Source of the DNA: an uncultured SAR86 cluster bacterium
GTDB lineage: Bacteria; Pseudomonadota; Gammaproteobacteria; Magnimaribacterales; AG-339-G14
Direction: 5' to 3'
Length of the DNA: 64,000 nucleotides
Assembly (NCBI GenBank): GCA_949373255.1
Contig: CASICS010000009.1
Coordinates: forward strand, 34,162 to 98,161
Shown here: piece by piece, positions 41,608 through 53,256 of the stretch
Layout: each line of letters starts with the position of its first letter
Numbering within the stretch: the first letter of the stretch is position 1
Notes under the pieces: generated by a model
Seen by the model: the letters and a program-made list of their open reading frames with translations, nothing else
Database searches by the model: none
What the model was told of the DNA's origin: nothing
Translations under genes and position numbers: made by a program

Positions 41608-42219
41608 ATGGATTTACCTATTTTAAATTCAAAATCTAAGACTTCTTCTGTCTCAGAAATAATTTTTAATCAGCCTGTAAACAAAGAGTTGGTTACCCAG
41701 CTAATAAATAGTTTTGTATCAAATAGTCATCAAGGTACCAAAGCTCAGAAGAATAGATCTGATGTTAGCGGTGGTGGGAAAAAACCTTGGAGACAGAAGG
41801 GAACAGGAAGAGCTAGAGCAGGAACAATAAGAAGTCCAATATGGAAAGGTGGCGGAGTAACTTTTGCAGCGAGATCTAAAAGTTCTAATCCAAAAAAAAT
41901 TAATAGAAAAATGTACAAATCAGCTATGCGATCTATTTTATCTTCATTAGTAGAAGAAAACCGAGTAGTTTTAGGGAGCAGTATAAATATAGAAAACCCT
42001 AAGACAAAAGATTTGATAGATTTCATGAATAAGATAGGCTTTAAGGGCGGTTTAATAATTGTGAATGAAATATCAGAAAATATTAAGTTAGCTTCAAGAA
42101 ATATTCCTAACCTGCAAATAGTTGATGTTAATTCAATAGATCCTATTAGCTTGCTTAGACATGAATCTACTCTAATATCAGAAGATTCATTACCGAAATT
42201 GGAGGAATTACTCACATGA
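41608..42219 (+). CDS. rplD: 50S ribosomal protein L4
   Basis: GGGKKPWRQKGTGRARAG hallmark. Confidence 0.98.
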   Translation: MDLPILNSKSKTSSVSEIIFNQPVNKELVTQLINSFVSNSHQGTKAQKNRSDVSGGGKKPWRQKGTGRARAGTIRSPIWKGGGVTFAARSKSSNPKKINRKMYKSAMRSILSSLVEENRVVLGSSINIENPKTKDLIDFMNKIGFKGGLIIVNEISENIKLASRNIPNLQIVDVNSIDPISLLRHESTLISEDSLPKLEELLT

Positions 42220-42512
42220 GTTCTTTATTTCCAAGTCAGGTAATAGTCTCAGCGCTCTTAACTGAGAAAGCTTCATTGGTTGGTCAAAGCGCTAACACTT
42301 ATGTATTTAAGGTAACTCAAAGAGCTACTAAATTAGACATAAAAAAAGCAATAGAAAAAAAGTTTAATGTTAGCGTTACAAACGTAAATTTGCTTAACGT
42401 TAAAGGAAAGGTAAAAAGAGGCGGAAAAGGAAAATTAACAAAAAAGTCAGACTGGAAAAAAGCGTATATCTCTTTAAAGGCTGAAGACAGAATAGAAATA
42501 TCACAAGATTAA
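42216..42512 (+). CDS. rplW: 50S ribosomal protein L23
   Basis: 98 aa in the conserved S10-cluster position, with the [12 protein letters not shown] block. Confidence 0.95.
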   Translation: MSSLFPSQVIVSALLTEKASLVGQSANTYVFKVTQRATKLDIKKAIEKKFNVSVTNVNLLNVKGKVKRGGKGKLTKKSDWKKAYISLKAEDRIEISQD

Positions 42513-42513
42513 T

Positions 42514-43338
42514 ATGGCAATAGTAAAAGCAAAACCAACATCCCCTGGTAGAAGATTTAGAAGTCTTACTTCCGGAGTAGACTTATATAAAGGGAGATCC
42601 TTTGCCCCTTTAACTGAGGCCAAGCCTAAGAGTGGTGGAAGAAATAATAATGGAAGAATCACAACTCGTCACATAGGTGGAGGTCACAAGCACCACTATA
42701 GAGTGATAGATTTTAAAAGAAATAAAGATGGCATTGCTGCACGTGTTGAAAGGTTGGAATATGATCCCAATAGATCTGCACATATTGCCTTGCTTTTATA
42801 TTCAGATGGAGAAAGAAGATACATCATTGCGCCAAAAGGTTTGAAGGTGGGAAGTAAAATTATGTCTGGATCTGGATCAGAAATAAGTGTTGGAAATTGT
42901 TTGACGCTTGAAGAGATACCAGTTGGAACCACTCTCCACTGCGTAGAGCTTAAACCTAAAAAGGGAGCTCAACTTGCAAGAAGCGCTGGGACCTCAGTTC
43001 AATTTGTAGCTAAAGAAGACGGATATGCTTCTATCAGATTGAAAAGTGGAGAATTCAGAAAAGTATTATGTGCCTGTAGAGCAACTATTGGAGAAGTATC
43101 AAATTCAGAACATTCACTCAAGTCCTTTGGTAAAGCGGGCGCTAAAAGATGGATCGGGGTTAGGCCAACCGTTAGAGGAGTTGCAATGAATCCAATAGAT
43201 CACCCTCATGGTGGTGGAGAAGGAAAAACTTCTGGAGGAAGGCATCCCGTATCTCCCTGGGGAACTCCTACAAAAGGCTTTAGAACAAGAAGCAATAAGA
43301 GAACCGATTCTCTAATCATAAGAAGAAGGAAGAAGTAA
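42514..43338 (+). CDS. rplB: 50S ribosomal protein L2
   Basis: [19 protein letters not shown] and [12 protein letters not shown]. Confidence 0.99.
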   Translation: MAIVKAKPTSPGRRFRSLTSGVDLYKGRSFAPLTEAKPKSGGRNNNGRITTRHIGGGHKHHYRVIDFKRNKDGIAARVERLEYDPNRSAHIALLLYSDGERRYIIAPKGLKVGSKIMSGSGSEISVGNCLTLEEIPVGTTLHCVELKPKKGAQLARSAGTSVQFVAKEDGYASIRLKSGEFRKVLCACRATIGEVSNSEHSLKSFGKAGAKRWIGVRPTVRGVAMNPIDHPHGGGEGKTSGGRHPVSPWGTPTKGFRTRSNKRTDSLIIRRRKK

Positions 43339-43607
43339 TGCCTAGATCAGTAAAAAAAGGACCATTTGTAGATCATCATTTGATGGATAAAGTAATCAAA
43401 GCATCTTCAAATAATGACAAGAAACCAATAAAAACTTGGTCGAGAAGATCAATGGTTCTGCCAGAAATGGTAGGACTTACAATCTCTATTCACAATGGAA
43501 GAGTTCATGTTCCAATTTCTATAAAAGAAGATATGGTTGGGCATAAACTTGGAGAATTTGTCCTCACAAGAACTTTTAAAATGCATTCTGGGGATAGAAA
43601 AACTTAA
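43338..43607 (+). CDS. rpsS: 30S ribosomal protein S19
   Basis: [12 protein letters not shown]...HNG..H.PI. Confidence 0.98.
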   Translation: MPRSVKKGPFVDHHLMDKVIKASSNNDKKPIKTWSRRSMVLPEMVGLTISIHNGRVHVPISIKEDMVGHKLGEFVLTRTFKMHSGDRKT

Positions 43608-43608
43608 G

Positions 43609-43950
43609 ATGAACGAAGTAAAAGCAAAGCTTAGTAGACTGCCTGTTTCAGGTTTTAAAGTTAGATTATTAGCTGATCAAATCAGAGGAAAACATGTGGG
43701 TGAAGCTTTAGATATTCTTACTTTTAGCAACAAAGCATCAGCGCGAAATGTAAAAAAACTTCTCGAATCAGCAATCGCAAACGCAGAGCATAATAAAGGT
43801 TTGGATGTTGATACCTTATTTGTATCTGCCATAACTGTTGATGAAGCTCTCTTATTTAAAAGAGTTCAGCCAAGAGCGAGAGGAAGAGCAGATAGAATTC
43901 AAAAAAGAAATTGTCATATAAACATAACCTTAGGGAGTAAAAGTAATTAG
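43609..43950 (+). CDS. rplV: 50S ribosomal protein L22
   Basis: Start moved to the ATG at 43609 (MNEVKAKL...[18 protein letters not shown]), which aligns with the E. coli L22 N-terminus. The track start at 43537 lies inside rpsS. Confidence 0.96.
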   Translation: MNEVKAKLSRLPVSGFKVRLLADQIRGKHVGEALDILTFSNKASARNVKKLLESAIANAEHNKGLDVDTLFVSAITVDEALLFKRVQPRARGRADRIQKRNCHINITLGSKSN

Positions 43951-44604
43951 ATGGGACAAAAAGTTAATCCAATAGGTTTCCGTTTAGGAATTTCAAGAGA
44001 TCATAATTCAACTTGGTATGCTGAAAAAAATAAGTATCAAGAATTATTACTAAATGATTATGCAGTAAGAGAATTTATTAAAAAAGAATTAGATAACTCT
44101 TTTGTAAGCAAAGTTGAAATTGAAAGGCCTTCAGAAAGTGCAAAAGTTTCAATACACACTTCAAGACCTGGAATGATTATAGGTAAAAAAGGTGAAGATA
44201 TAGACAAGCTTAGAAATAAGCTAGCTGAGCTTATGGGAGTCCCCGTTAGTTTAAATATTAAAGAAATAAGAAAGCCAGATCTAGACGCTCAACTAGTAGC
44301 TTCAAATATAGCTGTTCAATTAGAAAAAAGAGCAATGTTTAGAAGAGTAATTAAAAGATCTGCTCAAAATTGCACTAGACAAGGTGCCTTGGGAGTTAAG
44401 GTTAGAGTCGCCGGAAGACTAGGCGGAGCTGAGATAGCTAGAGCTGAATGGCACAAAGAAGGAAGGGTGCCTCTTCAAACTTTAAAGGCAGATATAGATT
44501 ATGGCGTTGCAGAAGCCCACACTACTTACGGAATAATCGGAGTAAAGGTTTGGATATTTAGAGGCGAAGTGGCACCTAAAAAAACTAAAAACTTAATAGA
44601 CTAA
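43951..44604 (+). CDS. rpsC: 30S ribosomal protein S3
   Basis: [14 protein letters not shown]-terminus, KH domain. Confidence 0.99.
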   Translation: MGQKVNPIGFRLGISRDHNSTWYAEKNKYQELLLNDYAVREFIKKELDNSFVSKVEIERPSESAKVSIHTSRPGMIIGKKGEDIDKLRNKLAELMGVPVSLNIKEIRKPDLDAQLVASNIAVQLEKRAMFRRVIKRSAQNCTRQGALGVKVRVAGRLGGAEIARAEWHKEGRVPLQTLKADIDYGVAEAHTTYGIIGVKVWIFRGEVAPKKTKNLID

Positions 44605-44606
44605 TC

Positions 44607-45020
44607 ATGTTTCAACCAAAAAGAACAAAATATAGAAAGCAGATGAAAGGCAGAAACACTGGACTTTCAAATAGAGCTAATACTTTAGATTTTGGTACCT
44701 ACGGTTTAAAGGCTACATCAAGGGGTCAAATAACGTCTAGACAAATAGAAGCAGCCAGAAGAGCAATGACTAGACACGTTAAAAGAGGAGCTCAAATCTG
44801 GATAAGAATATTTCCTGACAAACCTATTACAAAAAAACCTCTAGAAGTAAGACAAGGTAAAGGTAAAGGGAATGTTGAATATTATGTATGCCCAATTAAG
44901 CCTGGAAAAGTTTTATATGAAATGGAAGGCGTAGAAGAAGAAGTGGCAATAGAGGCTTTTAAATTAGCTTCTGCAAAACTTCCAGTAGCAACGAAATTTA
45001 TAGTAAGGAAAACAGTTTAA
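44607..45020 (+). CDS. rplP: 50S ribosomal protein L16
   Basis: [17 protein letters not shown]... and RMGKGKG-like QGKGKGN. Confidence 0.98.
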   Translation: MFQPKRTKYRKQMKGRNTGLSNRANTLDFGTYGLKATSRGQITSRQIEAARRAMTRHVKRGAQIWIRIFPDKPITKKPLEVRQGKGKGNVEYYVCPIKPGKVLYEMEGVEEEVAIEAFKLASAKLPVATKFIVRKTV

Positions 45021-45208
45021 TGGCTAAAAAATCTATTGAAAAAAATACAACTGAGTTAGAAAAGTTGCATGCAGATTATCTTGAGTTAAAACTTAAACAT
45101 TCTTCTATGGCACTTAAAGAAACTCATAAATTAGCCGAAGCAAGAAAAGACATAGCCAGGTTGAAAACCGCAATGAATAATAAATTAGAGGTGGCAAAAG
45201 GTGAGTGA
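45020..45208 (+). CDS. rpmC: 50S ribosomal protein L29
   Basis: 62 aa, helical, conserved position between rplP and rpsQ. Confidence 0.9.
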   Translation: MAKKSIEKNTTELEKLHADYLELKLKHSSMALKETHKLAEARKDIARLKTAMNNKLEVAKGE

Positions 45209-45467
45209 GCAATTAAATAGAACAATGATAGGTTCAGTAATTAGTCTCTCCGGAAATAAATCTAGAGTGGCTTTAATTCAAAGGACTGTTAAGCATCAAT
45301 TATTAGGAAAAATAATGAAACGCTCTACAAAGATTAGTTTTCATGACGAGGATAATACCTGTGCGATCGGAGACAAAGTAAAGATTAAGGAAACACGACC
45401 TATTTCAAAAAGCAAGTCATGGGAACTAGTAGAGGTTATTAAAAAATTTGAGGGAGTTGTAGAGTGA
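45201..45467 (+). CDS. rpsQ: 30S ribosomal protein S17
   Basis: VKH...GK..KR.TK...HDE.N.C.IGD.V.I.E.RP.SK.KSW.LV pattern as in E. coli S17. GTG start. Confidence 0.96.
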   Translation: MSEQLNRTMIGSVISLSGNKSRVALIQRTVKHQLLGKIMKRSTKISFHDEDNTCAIGDKVKIKETRPISKSKSWELVEVIKKFEGVVE

Positions 45468-45832
45468 TTCAAGTACAAACTATGCTTACGATTGCTGATA
45501 ACAGTGGAGCTAGAAAAGTAATGTGTATCAAAGTTCTTGGCGGATCTAAGAGAAGATATGCTCATGTCGGCGATGTAATTAAGGTCGCAATAAAAGAAGC
45601 TATTCCTACCGGAAAGGTTAAAAAAGGAACAGTAGCTGATGCTGTTGTAGTAAGAACTAGAAAAGATATAAAGCGCGAAGATGGTTCGAGCGTTAGATTT
45701 GATGATAACGCAGCTGTTTTAATAAATGCTCAAAAACAGCCTATAGGTACAAGAATATTTGGTCCTGTATCTAGAGAATTAAGAAGCAAAGAATTTATGA
45801 AAATAGTTTCGTTAGCACCAGAGGTAATCTAA
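45464..45832 (+). CDS. rplN: 50S ribosomal protein L14
   Basis: [17 protein letters not shown] (E. coli MIQEQTMLNVADNSGAR). GTG start overlapping the rpsQ stop (GTGA). Confidence 0.99.
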   Translation: MIQVQTMLTIADNSGARKVMCIKVLGGSKRRYAHVGDVIKVAIKEAIPTGKVKKGTVADAVVVRTRKDIKREDGSSVRFDDNAAVLINAQKQPIGTRIFGPVSRELRSKEFMKIVSLAPEVI

Positions 45833-46140
45833 TGAATAAGTTAAGAGCAGGAGACGAAGTAATCGTAATTTCTGGTAAAGATAAAGGAAAAACTGGAATT
45901 ATTAATAAATTTCTATCCGGTGATAAATGTGAGGTTGCTGGAATTAAAATGGTTAAAAAACATCAAAAACCTAATCCTCAAGCTAATATTCAAGGAGGAA
46001 TAATTGAAAAGGAGTCCCCGATTCATTTATCAAATATTGCTATTTATAACAAAAAAGCAAAGAAAGCTGACAAGGTAAAAATCGAAGCAAATGAAAATGG
46101 AAAAAAAAGAATTTTTAAATCTGATGGAAAGGAAGTTTAA
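45832..46140 (+). CDS. rplX: 50S ribosomal protein L24
   Basis: GDEVIVISGKDKGK KOW motif, conserved position. Confidence 0.96.
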   Translation: MNKLRAGDEVIVISGKDKGKTGIINKFLSGDKCEVAGIKMVKKHQKPNPQANIQGGIIEKESPIHLSNIAIYNKKAKKADKVKIEANENGKKRIFKSDGKEV

Positions 46141-46686
46141 GTGAGCGAGTCTATAATTAAATCTTTATATAAAGAGGCTGTTCCAAGCTTAATGACAGAT
46201 CTTGGGCATAAGTCATCTATGGCTGTCCCAAAAATATCTAAAGTTACTCTCAACATGGGATTGGGTGCTGAAGCAATAAATGATAGAAAGGTTGTTGATA
46301 ATGCTGTCGAAGAATTAAGACTTATTTCTGGCCAACAGCCAATTAAAACAAATGCAAGAAAATCTGTAGCTAGCTTCAAACTTAGGGAAGGTTACACCAT
46401 TGGATGCAAAGTAACTCTTCGTGGAAATATGATGTTTGAGTTTTTAGACAGACTTCTCGGAATAGCAATTCCAAGAGAAAGAGATTTTAGAGGGCTAAAT
46501 CCAAAGTCTTTTGATGGAAGGGGAAATTATACACTTGGAATAAAAGAACATATTATTTTTCCTGAAATTGACTATGACAAGGTCCAAAAAATAAGAGGAT
46601 TAGATGTTTGCATAACAACAACAGCAACAAATAACGAAGAGGGTTTGAAGTTACTTAAGGCTTTAAAATTCCCTTTTAGGACGTGA
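46141..46686 (+). CDS. rplE: 50S ribosomal protein L5
   Basis: [11 protein letters not shown]-like block and RDFRGL. GTG start immediately after the rplX stop. Confidence 0.97.
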   Translation: MSESIIKSLYKEAVPSLMTDLGHKSSMAVPKISKVTLNMGLGAEAINDRKVVDNAVEELRLISGQQPIKTNARKSVASFKLREGYTIGCKVTLRGNMMFEFLDRLLGIAIPRERDFRGLNPKSFDGRGNYTLGIKEHIIFPEIDYDKVQKIRGLDVCITTTATNNEEGLKLLKALKFPFRT

Positions 46687-46693
46687 GGTAACA

Positions 46694-46999
46694 ATGGCTA
46701 AAGAATCAATGATTGCTAGAGAAAATAAAAGGTTAAAAACAGTAGAAAAGTTTTCAGCTAAAAGAACTGCTTTAAAAGCTATTATTAGCGACTCAAAAGC
46801 TTCAGAGGGTGAAAAACAAGTCGCAATGTTAAAGCTTCAGAAATTGCCCAGAGATTCAAGCCCCGTAAGACTTCAAAGAAGATGTCAAATTACAGGAAGA
46901 CCGCATGCTGTATACAGAAAATTTGGTCTTTCAAGAAATAAATTAAGAGAGTTAGCTATGAGAGGAGATGTTCCTGGATTAGTTAAAGCTAGCTGGTAA
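46694..46999 (+). CDS. rpsN: 30S ribosomal protein S14 (long, non-zinc type)
   Basis: 101 aa. [12 protein letters not shown] and the C-terminal [21 protein letters not shown]. Confidence 0.97.
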   Translation: MAKESMIARENKRLKTVEKFSAKRTALKAIISDSKASEGEKQVAMLKLQKLPRDSSPVRLQRRCQITGRPHAVYRKFGLSRNKLRELAMRGDVPGLVKASW

Positions 47000-47008
47000 G
47001 GAGAATAA

Positions 47009-47404
47009 ATGAGTTTACAAGATCCAATATCCGACATGATTTCAAGAATCAAGAATGCTCAATCAAGAGGTCATCCTAAGGTTTCTTTTAGTTCATCTAA
47101 ATTAAAAAGAGCTATCTGTGATGTTTTATCTGACGAAGGTTTTATAAAGAAATTAGAAATCACTGGAGATATCCCAAAACAGAATATAGAGATAACTCTT
47201 AAGTACTTTGAAGATAAACCAGTAATCAAAGAATTTAGTAGAAGCAGCAAACCTGGTTTGAGAAGATATTTTGGAAGCAATGAAATTCCAAGTGTTAAAG
47301 GCGGACTTGGAGTAGCTATTTTAACTACTAGTAAGGGAGTAATAACAGATAAACAAGCTAAGTCACAAAATATCGGTGGCGAGCTCATCTGTACAATTTT
47401 TTAA
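47009..47404 (+). CDS. rpsH: 30S ribosomal protein S8
   Basis: MSLQDPISDMISRIKNAQ N-terminus. Confidence 0.98.
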   Translation: MSLQDPISDMISRIKNAQSRGHPKVSFSSSKLKRAICDVLSDEGFIKKLEITGDIPKQNIEITLKYFEDKPVIKEFSRSSKPGLRRYFGSNEIPSVKGGLGVAILTTSKGVITDKQAKSQNIGGELICTIF

Positions 47405-47406
47405 TT

Positions 47407-47940
47407 ATGGCAAGAAATAATAATAGACCGATTCAAATATCAGAAGGTGTAACTGCAGAGCTTAAAGGACAAATATTGTCTTTTTCAGGGCAGAAAGGCT
47501 CTATGGATTTAGTGGTAAATGATCAAGTTAAAGTAGAAGCTAGCGAAGAATCTATTTTGTTTAATCCAAAATTAGAAACGAAAGAGTCAGTTGCTTTGAC
47601 CGGCACCATGAGAGCATTAGCATTAAATAGAATGACAGGTGTATCAAAGGGATTTGAAAGAAAATTAGAAATAAATGGTGTAGGTTATAGAGTAAAGGTA
47701 AATGGTTCTTCATTAGAGCTATCACTAGGATACTCTCACCCAGTTATATATGATCTTCCAGAAGGGGTTTCTGCTGAAGCTCCTACTAATACAGAACTAG
47801 TTTTAAACTCAATTGACAAACAGCTCTTAGGTGATGCAGCTTCAAAGATAAGATCATTTAGACCTCCCGAGCCTTATAAAGGAAAAGGTGTTAAATATTC
47901 TGATGAAAGAATTATAAGAAAGGAATCTAAAAAAGCTTAG
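47407..47940 (+). CDS. rplF: 50S ribosomal protein L6
   Basis: 177 aa. GVGYR and PEPYKGKGVKY blocks. Confidence 0.97.
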   Translation: MARNNNRPIQISEGVTAELKGQILSFSGQKGSMDLVVNDQVKVEASEESILFNPKLETKESVALTGTMRALALNRMTGVSKGFERKLEINGVGYRVKVNGSSLELSLGYSHPVIYDLPEGVSAEAPTNTELVLNSIDKQLLGDAASKIRSFRPPEPYKGKGVKYSDERIIRKESKKA

Positions 47941-47949
47941 GAAATAAAT

Positions 47950-48300
47950 ATGTCTACTAAAATTATTGCAAGAAATAGAAGATCAAAAAAATTAAGGGCA
48001 AAAAGCATCGATCTTGGTGTAAATAGACTCTCTATTTTTAGATCTGGTCAACATATATATGCCCAACTTTTTTCGGTAGATGGTAAGGAAGTTATAGCTC
48101 AGGCATCAACTTTAGATAAAGATCTTAAGTTGAAAGCTGGCGGTAATTCAGAGTCAGCCGAAAAGGTTGGAACTTCAATAGCAGAAAAAATAATAGCAAA
48201 AGGAATTAAAAAGGTTACTTTTGACAGATCGGGTTATAAATATCACGGAAGAGTAAAAGCATTAGCTGATGCAGCTCGCTCTGCTGGATTAGAATTTTAG
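47950..48300 (+). CDS. rplR: 50S ribosomal protein L18
   Basis: RL.IFRS..HIYAQ and [23 protein letters not shown]. Confidence 0.97.
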   Translation: MSTKIIARNRRSKKLRAKSIDLGVNRLSIFRSGQHIYAQLFSVDGKEVIAQASTLDKDLKLKAGGNSESAEKVGTSIAEKIIAKGIKKVTFDRSGYKYHGRVKALADAARSAGLEF

Positions 48301-48308
48301 GAAATATT

Positions 48309-48791
48309 ATGAAAGAAAATTATGAACAACAGTCAGGCGAAGCTTTAGAAGAAAAATTAGTCAACGTAAATCGAGTTGCTAAGGTTGTAAAAGGCGGAAG
48401 AATATTTGGGTTCACTGCTTTAACAGTAGTTGGCGATGGAAAAGGTAAAGTTGGGTTTGGAAGAGGCAAAGCCAGAGAAGTCCCTGTTGCTATTCAGAAA
48501 GCTTTAGAAAGCGCCAGAAGAAATACGACTGAAATAGACTTAAATGGAACTACAATTCATTACGCAGTTAAAGCTAGCCATGGATCAGCCATGGTATATA
48601 TGCAACCAGCGTCACCGGGTACAGGAATTATCGCAGGAGGAGCTATGAGAGCAGTTTTAGAATTAGCTGGGGTTAAAGATGTGTTAGCTAAATCATATGG
48701 ATCAACCAACCCTATAAATGTTGTAAGAGCAACATTCAAAGGCCTTGCTAGTATTGAATCACCAGAAAAAGTAGCAATTAGAAGGGCTTAA
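48309..48791 (+). CDS. rpsE: 30S ribosomal protein S5
   Basis: [38 protein letters not shown]. Confidence 0.98.
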   Translation: MKENYEQQSGEALEEKLVNVNRVAKVVKGGRIFGFTALTVVGDGKGKVGFGRGKAREVPVAIQKALESARRNTTEIDLNGTTIHYAVKASHGSAMVYMQPASPGTGIIAGGAMRAVLELAGVKDVLAKSYGSTNPINVVRATFKGLASIESPEKVAIRRA

Positions 48792-48795
48792 AGAA

Positions 48796-48990
48796 ATGTC
48801 AAAATCAGATTTAAATACAATTTCCGTGAAACAAGTGAGAAGCCTTGCTGGCTCTAGAGGAATTCATCGCAAATCAGTAAAAGGACTTGGTCTGAGAAAA
48901 ATAAATCATATCGTAGATGTTGTCGATACTCCTGCAAACAGAGGAATGATTAATAAAGTAAGGCACTTAGTAGAAGTAATAGAGAAATAA
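48796..48990 (+). CDS. rpmD: 50S ribosomal protein L30
   Basis: 64 aa. LGLRKINH...DTPANRGMI block. Confidence 0.95.
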   Translation: MSKSDLNTISVKQVRSLAGSRGIHRKSVKGLGLRKINHIVDVVDTPANRGMINKVRHLVEVIEK

Positions 48991-48992
48991 TT

Positions 48993-49421
48993 ATGAAACT
49001 TAACTCACTAGAAGCAATTTCAAGCAATAAATCATCAAAAAGAGTTGGCAGAGGAGCTGGTTCTGGTACTGGAAAAACAGCTGGTAAAGGACATAAAGGA
49101 CAAAAAGCTAGATCAGGTGGAAGTATAAGGCCTGGTTTTGAGGGTGGGCAAATGCCGATACAGCAAAGACTTCCTAAATTTGGGTTTTCTTCGAAGGTCG
49201 CATCATACAAATGTCATATAAAATTAAGAGATTTAGAAAAGTTAGATGTCGAATTGATAGATTTAGAAGTATTAAAATCAAAAAAGATTATTTCTAATAA
49301 GATCAAAGAAGTTAAGGTAATTAACGGCGGTGAACTAACAAAAGCTGTAAAGCTAAAAGGAATTAAGGCATCAAAAACAGTAGCTGAACTCATAGTTAAG
49401 CTTGGAGGAGAGCTAAGTTAA
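48993..49421 (+). CDS. rplO: 50S ribosomal protein L15
   Basis: [26 protein letters not shown] hallmark. Confidence 0.98.
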   Translation: MKLNSLEAISSNKSSKRVGRGAGSGTGKTAGKGHKGQKARSGGSIRPGFEGGQMPIQQRLPKFGFSSKVASYKCHIKLRDLEKLDVELIDLEVLKSKKIISNKIKEVKVINGGELTKAVKLKGIKASKTVAELIVKLGGELS

Positions 49422-49422
49422 C

Positions 49423-50727
49423 ATGGCTTCTACTGGAATTAAGACGGATGGTTTGAAAGAGTTGTGGTCTCGTTTGAGATTCGTCCTTTTTGCTATTATT
49501 ATTTATAGAATAGGAACTCATATTCCGGTTCCAGGCATAGATCCTTTAAAAATATCTTCTTTATTTGATCAAAATCAAGGAACTCTTCTTGGGCTTTTTA
49601 ATATGTTTTCAGGTGGGGCTTTAGAAAGAATGAGTATTATGGCGCTTAATGTTATTCCTTATATAACAGCTGCTATCGTGATGAATTTGTTAGAGGCAAC
49701 AACACCAAGTTTAAAGAAATTATTTAGACAAGAAGGAGAAGCAGGACGAAGAAAAAGAACTACTTACGTTAGATTAGGAACCTTAGTTTTGGCTATATTT
49801 CAGTCATCAGGTTTTGCAATAGCTCTCTCGTCCCAAGGAATGGCAGTTAACCCGGGCTCTACCTTTATTTTTACTGCGATTGTTTCATTCGTTACTGGAA
49901 CGATGTTCTTAGTATGGCTAGGTGAGCAAGTTAATGAAAGAGGAATAGGCAATGGAATCTCTTTGATCATTTTTGCTAGTATTGTATCGGGTCTGCCTGG
50001 AGCTTTAGGTCAATCTTTTGAAGCTGCGAGACAGGGTGAAATAAGTCTTATATTGTTGTTACTTATCGGGCTTTTTGCATTGTTGGCTATAGCTTTTATT
50101 GTCTGGGTAGAAAGAGCTCAAAGAAGGATAAGTGTAAATTATGCTAGAAGGGCTCCCAATCAAATGAGCATGAGTCAAGCTTCTCACTTACCTTTGAAAG
50201 TTAATATGGCTGGAGTAATTCCTGCAATTTTTGCAAGTAGTTTGGTTTTATTCCCTGCGTCTCTGAGTACATGGTTTGGTCAAGCAGAAGGTTTTGGATG
50301 GCTACAAGAAGTTTCTTTGGCTTTAACCCCTGGCCAGCCTTTATATGTAATAGTTTTTGCGGCGCTGATAGCATATTTCTGCTTTTTCTATACAGCTATT
50401 CAGTTTCCAGCTAAAGACATGGCTGATAATCTTAAGAGATCTGGTGGATTTTTACCTGGAATAAGACCTGGAGATCATACTATTGAATACATTGATAATG
50501 TTATGTCTAGACTAACAATCTGGGGGTCTATATACATGATAGTCGTTTGTTTGGTCCCTCAATTTTTAATTGTTTCAGCAAACGTACCTTTTTACTTAGG
50601 AGGAACTTCATTATTAATTGCGGTAGTAGTGGTAATGGACTTCATGGCTCAGGTACAATCACACCTTTTGTCGAGTCAGTATCAATCGTTAATGAAAAAG
50701 GCTAATTTAAAAGGTTATCAAAGATAG
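49423..50727 (+). CDS. secY: preprotein translocase subunit SecY
   Basis: 434 aa, 10 TM. RIGTHIPVPGID, FSGGALERMSI.ALNV.PYITA and WLGEQ..ERGIGNGISLIIF. Confidence 0.99.
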   Translation: MASTGIKTDGLKELWSRLRFVLFAIIIYRIGTHIPVPGIDPLKISSLFDQNQGTLLGLFNMFSGGALERMSIMALNVIPYITAAIVMNLLEATTPSLKKLFRQEGEAGRRKRTTYVRLGTLVLAIFQSSGFAIALSSQGMAVNPGSTFIFTAIVSFVTGTMFLVWLGEQVNERGIGNGISLIIFASIVSGLPGALGQSFEAARQGEISLILLLLIGLFALLAIAFIVWVERAQRRISVNYARRAPNQMSMSQASHLPLKVNMAGVIPAIFASSLVLFPASLSTWFGQAEGFGWLQEVSLALTPGQPLYVIVFAALIAYFCFFYTAIQFPAKDMADNLKRSGGFLPGIRPGDHTIEYIDNVMSRLTIWGSIYMIVVCLVPQFLIVSANVPFYLGGTSLLIAVVVVMDFMAQVQSHLLSSQYQSLMKKANLKGYQR

Positions 50728-50735
50728 GAATTTAA

Positions 50736-50852
50736 ATGAAAGTAAGAGCATCCGTTAAAAAGATTTGTAAAAATTGTAAGCATGTTAAGAGACGTGGGGT
50801 AATTTATGTAATTTGCCCTACAGATCCAAAACACAAACAGAGGCAAGGATAA
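50736..50852 (+). CDS. rpmJ: 50S ribosomal protein L36 (zinc-ribbon type)
   Basis: Not in the ORF track (38 aa): [38 protein letters not shown]. Lies between secY and rpsM. Confidence 0.95.
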   Translation: MKVRASVKKICKNCKHVKRRGVIYVICPTDPKHKQRQG

Positions 50853-50853
50853 A

Positions 50854-51210
50854 ATGGCAAGGGTAGCAGGGGTAAATATCCCAGATAAAAAACAGGCTTG
50901 GGTTTCCTTAACTCATATTTTTGGGATAGGTAAGACCACTGCCTTAAAGATATGTTTGAAAACAGGAATAAGTCAAGATACAAAAATTGGTACTTTAGAA
51001 GAAGCTGATTTAGAAAAACTCCGTAAAGCAGTTGCTGAGTTTGCAGTTGAAGGTGATTTAAGAAGAGATATTAGTACCAATATTAAAAGATTAATGGATT
51101 TAGGTACTAACAGAGGAATTCGTCATAGAAGAAGATTGCCTGTTAGAGGACAAAGAACAAAGACAAATGCTCGAACGAGGAAAGGACCAAGAAAACCAAT
51201 AAGAAGATAA
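50854..51210 (+). CDS. rpsM: 30S ribosomal protein S13
   Basis: [11 protein letters not shown]......LT.IFGIG and [21 protein letters not shown]. Confidence 0.98.
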   Translation: MARVAGVNIPDKKQAWVSLTHIFGIGKTTALKICLKTGISQDTKIGTLEEADLEKLRKAVAEFAVEGDLRRDISTNIKRLMDLGTNRGIRHRRRLPVRGQRTKTNARTRKGPRKPIRR

Positions 51211-51211
51211 T

Positions 51212-51598
51212 ATGGCTAAAGTAGAAACAAAAGGAAAGAAAACCCAAAGAACTTATAGTGATGGAGTTGCCCATATATTAGCAACTTTCAATAACACTAT
51301 AATTAATATAACTGACAAACAAGGCAATACAATTGCTTGGTCTAGTTCAGGAGCTAATGGCTTTAAAGGCTCCCGTAAAAGTACGCCATTTGCTGCACAG
51401 ATAGCTGCTGATAAAGCAGGACAAAAAGCAATGTCTTTAGGTCTGACATCTATAGAAGTAGAAGTATCAGGCCCTGGTTCGGGAAGAGAGTCGGCTGTAA
51501 GAGCATTAAATGGGTGTGGTTTGAAAATAACTAAAATTTCTGATGTTACGCCTATTCCTCATAATGGCTGCAGGCCACCTAAGAAAAGGAGAGTCTAG
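51212..51598 (+). CDS. rpsK: 30S ribosomal protein S11
   Basis: [17 protein letters not shown] and [16 protein letters not shown]. Confidence 0.98.
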   Translation: MAKVETKGKKTQRTYSDGVAHILATFNNTIINITDKQGNTIAWSSSGANGFKGSRKSTPFAAQIAADKAGQKAMSLGLTSIEVEVSGPGSGRESAVRALNGCGLKITKISDVTPIPHNGCRPPKKRRV

Positions 51599-51600
51599 AA

Positions 51601-52221
51601 ATGGCAAAATATACAGGCCCTAAGAATAAGCTATCTAGAAGAGAGGGAACAGATCTTCAATTAAAAAGTGGATATAGATCCCATGAGTCAAAAATAAGAT
51701 CAGAGAATCCTCCTGGGGTTCACGGAGCTAGAAGAATTAGGTTATCTGACTTTGGTGTTCAGTTAAGAGAAAAACAGAAAGTAAAAAGAATGTATGGAGT
51801 TTTAGAAAAACAATTCAGAAACTACTACAAGCAAGCAGCTCAAAAGAAAGGAGAAACAGGAACAAACCTCTTAGTTTTTCTTGAATCTAGATTGGACAAT
51901 GTGGTCTATAGAATGGGGTTTTCTTCTACAAGGGCAGAAGCAAGACAATTGGTCAATCATAAATCTATTATGGTTAATGGAAGTATAGTTAATATTCCCT
52001 CATACCAGCTTCAAGAAGGAGATGTTGTCTCTATTACTTCTAAAGGCAAAAGCCAAAAAAGAATTGCACAAGCAGCAGAGTTATTCGTAAATCGTGAAGA
52101 TTGCGATTGGATTTCTGTAGATCATAAAGAATTTTCAGGCACTTATACTAGTCAACCTACTAGAGACTTATTGAGTACAGAAATAAACGAAAACTATATC
52201 GTAGAGCTTTACTCTAGATAA
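51601..52221 (+). CDS. rpsD: 30S ribosomal protein S4
   Basis: [17 protein letters not shown] and [24 protein letters not shown] (S4 domain). Confidence 0.98.
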   Translation: MAKYTGPKNKLSRREGTDLQLKSGYRSHESKIRSENPPGVHGARRIRLSDFGVQLREKQKVKRMYGVLEKQFRNYYKQAAQKKGETGTNLLVFLESRLDNVVYRMGFSSTRAEARQLVNHKSIMVNGSIVNIPSYQLQEGDVVSITSKGKSQKRIAQAAELFVNREDCDWISVDHKEFSGTYTSQPTRDLLSTEINENYIVELYSR

Positions 52222-52263
52222 AAATTTTTAACATTTTATAAATATATAAAAGAGGATAGATAA

Positions 52264-53256
52264 ATGACAGACAACTTTGATGTAATAAAAGACTTCTTAA
52301 CACCGAAAGAGATTATTGTTGAAGAAATTGATGTAAATCATTCTAAGATAATTTTAGAGCCCCTAGAAAGAGGCTTTGGCCATACTTTAGGTAACGCTTT
52401 AAGAAGAATTATTCTTTCTTCAACACCAGGCTCTGCAGTAATAGAGGCAAAAATTGATGGTGTTCTTCATGAGTACTCATCGATAGATGGGGTTAAAGAA
52501 GATGTCATAAATATTCTATTGAACCTTAAAGGAATGAGCGTTAGATTATTTGATCAAGAAGAAGTGGAGCTTTCAGTAGAAAAATCAGGAAGTGGCGATT
52601 TAGTTGCTGGAGATTTCGATTTGCCTGCTGGCGTAGAAGTGATTAATCAAGATCACAAAATTGCTACATTGGCAGATGATGGAAAAATTAGCATGACTGT
52701 TAAAGTTAAAAAAGGAAGAGGTTATGATCCAGTAGACATTAAAGAGAATGTTGAAGGTGAAAATAAAGAAATAGGCCTTCTAAAATTAGATGCTTCTTAT
52801 TGTCCTATTCAAACGGTTTCATATGCAGTAGAAAATACTAGAGTGGAAAATAGAACAGACTTAGATAAGCTAACTTTAGATGTTAAAACAAATGGAACTA
52901 TAGACCCTGAAGAGATTCTCAGATTATCAGCAACTATATTACAGAGACAATTAATGGCATTTGCTGAGTTAGGTTTTGAGACTGAAGAAGAAGAGGAGGA
53001 TGAAACTCCACCAGTAGATCCGATAATGCTTAGACCAGTTGATGAGCTTGAACTAACCGTTCGATCTGCAAATTGTCTAAAAGTAGAAAAGATTTACTAT
53101 ATTGGAGATCTTGTTACCAGAAGAGAATCAGACTTATTAAAAACTCCTAATTTGGGAAGAAAATCACTTAATGAAATTAAGGATATTTTAGCGGCTAGGG
53201 GTTTATCACTTGGGCTTGAATTAGAAAACTGGCCTCCATCAAATATAGAAGGCTAA
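52264..53256 (+). CDS. rpoA: DNA-directed RNA polymerase alpha subunit
   Basis: 330 aa. [23 protein letters not shown]-type N-terminal block and the C-terminal domain [11 protein letters not shown]...IGDLV. Confidence 0.99.
   Translation: MTDNFDVIKDFLTPKEIIVEEIDVNHSKIILEPLERGFGHTLGNALRRIILSSTPGSAVIEAKIDGVLHEYSSIDGVKEDVINILLNLKGMSVRLFDQEEVELSVEKSGSGDLVAGDFDLPAGVEVINQDHKIATLADDGKISMTVKVKKGRGYDPVDIKENVEGENKEIGLLKLDASYCPIQTVSYAVENTRVENRTDLDKLTLDVKTNGTIDPEEILRLSATILQRQLMAFAELGFETEEEEEDETPPVDPIMLRPVDELELTVRSANCLKVEKIYYIGDLVTRRESDLLKTPNLGRKSLNEIKDILAARGLSLGLELENWPPSNIEG

Noticed and set aside
41745-42215. 156-aa minus-strand ORF antisense to rplD. Similar antisense ORFs occur at 10848-11252 (in katG), 28085-28447 (in rplL), 31772-32023, 34272-34565, 35949-36236 and 36453-36779 (in rpoB/rpoC), 46137-46379, 47071-47388 and 48950-49210.
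   Set aside because: All lie entirely inside strongly conserved genes on the opposite strand. They have low-complexity Ser/Pro/Leu-rich translations and no SD or recognisable motif. They are typical shadow ORFs.
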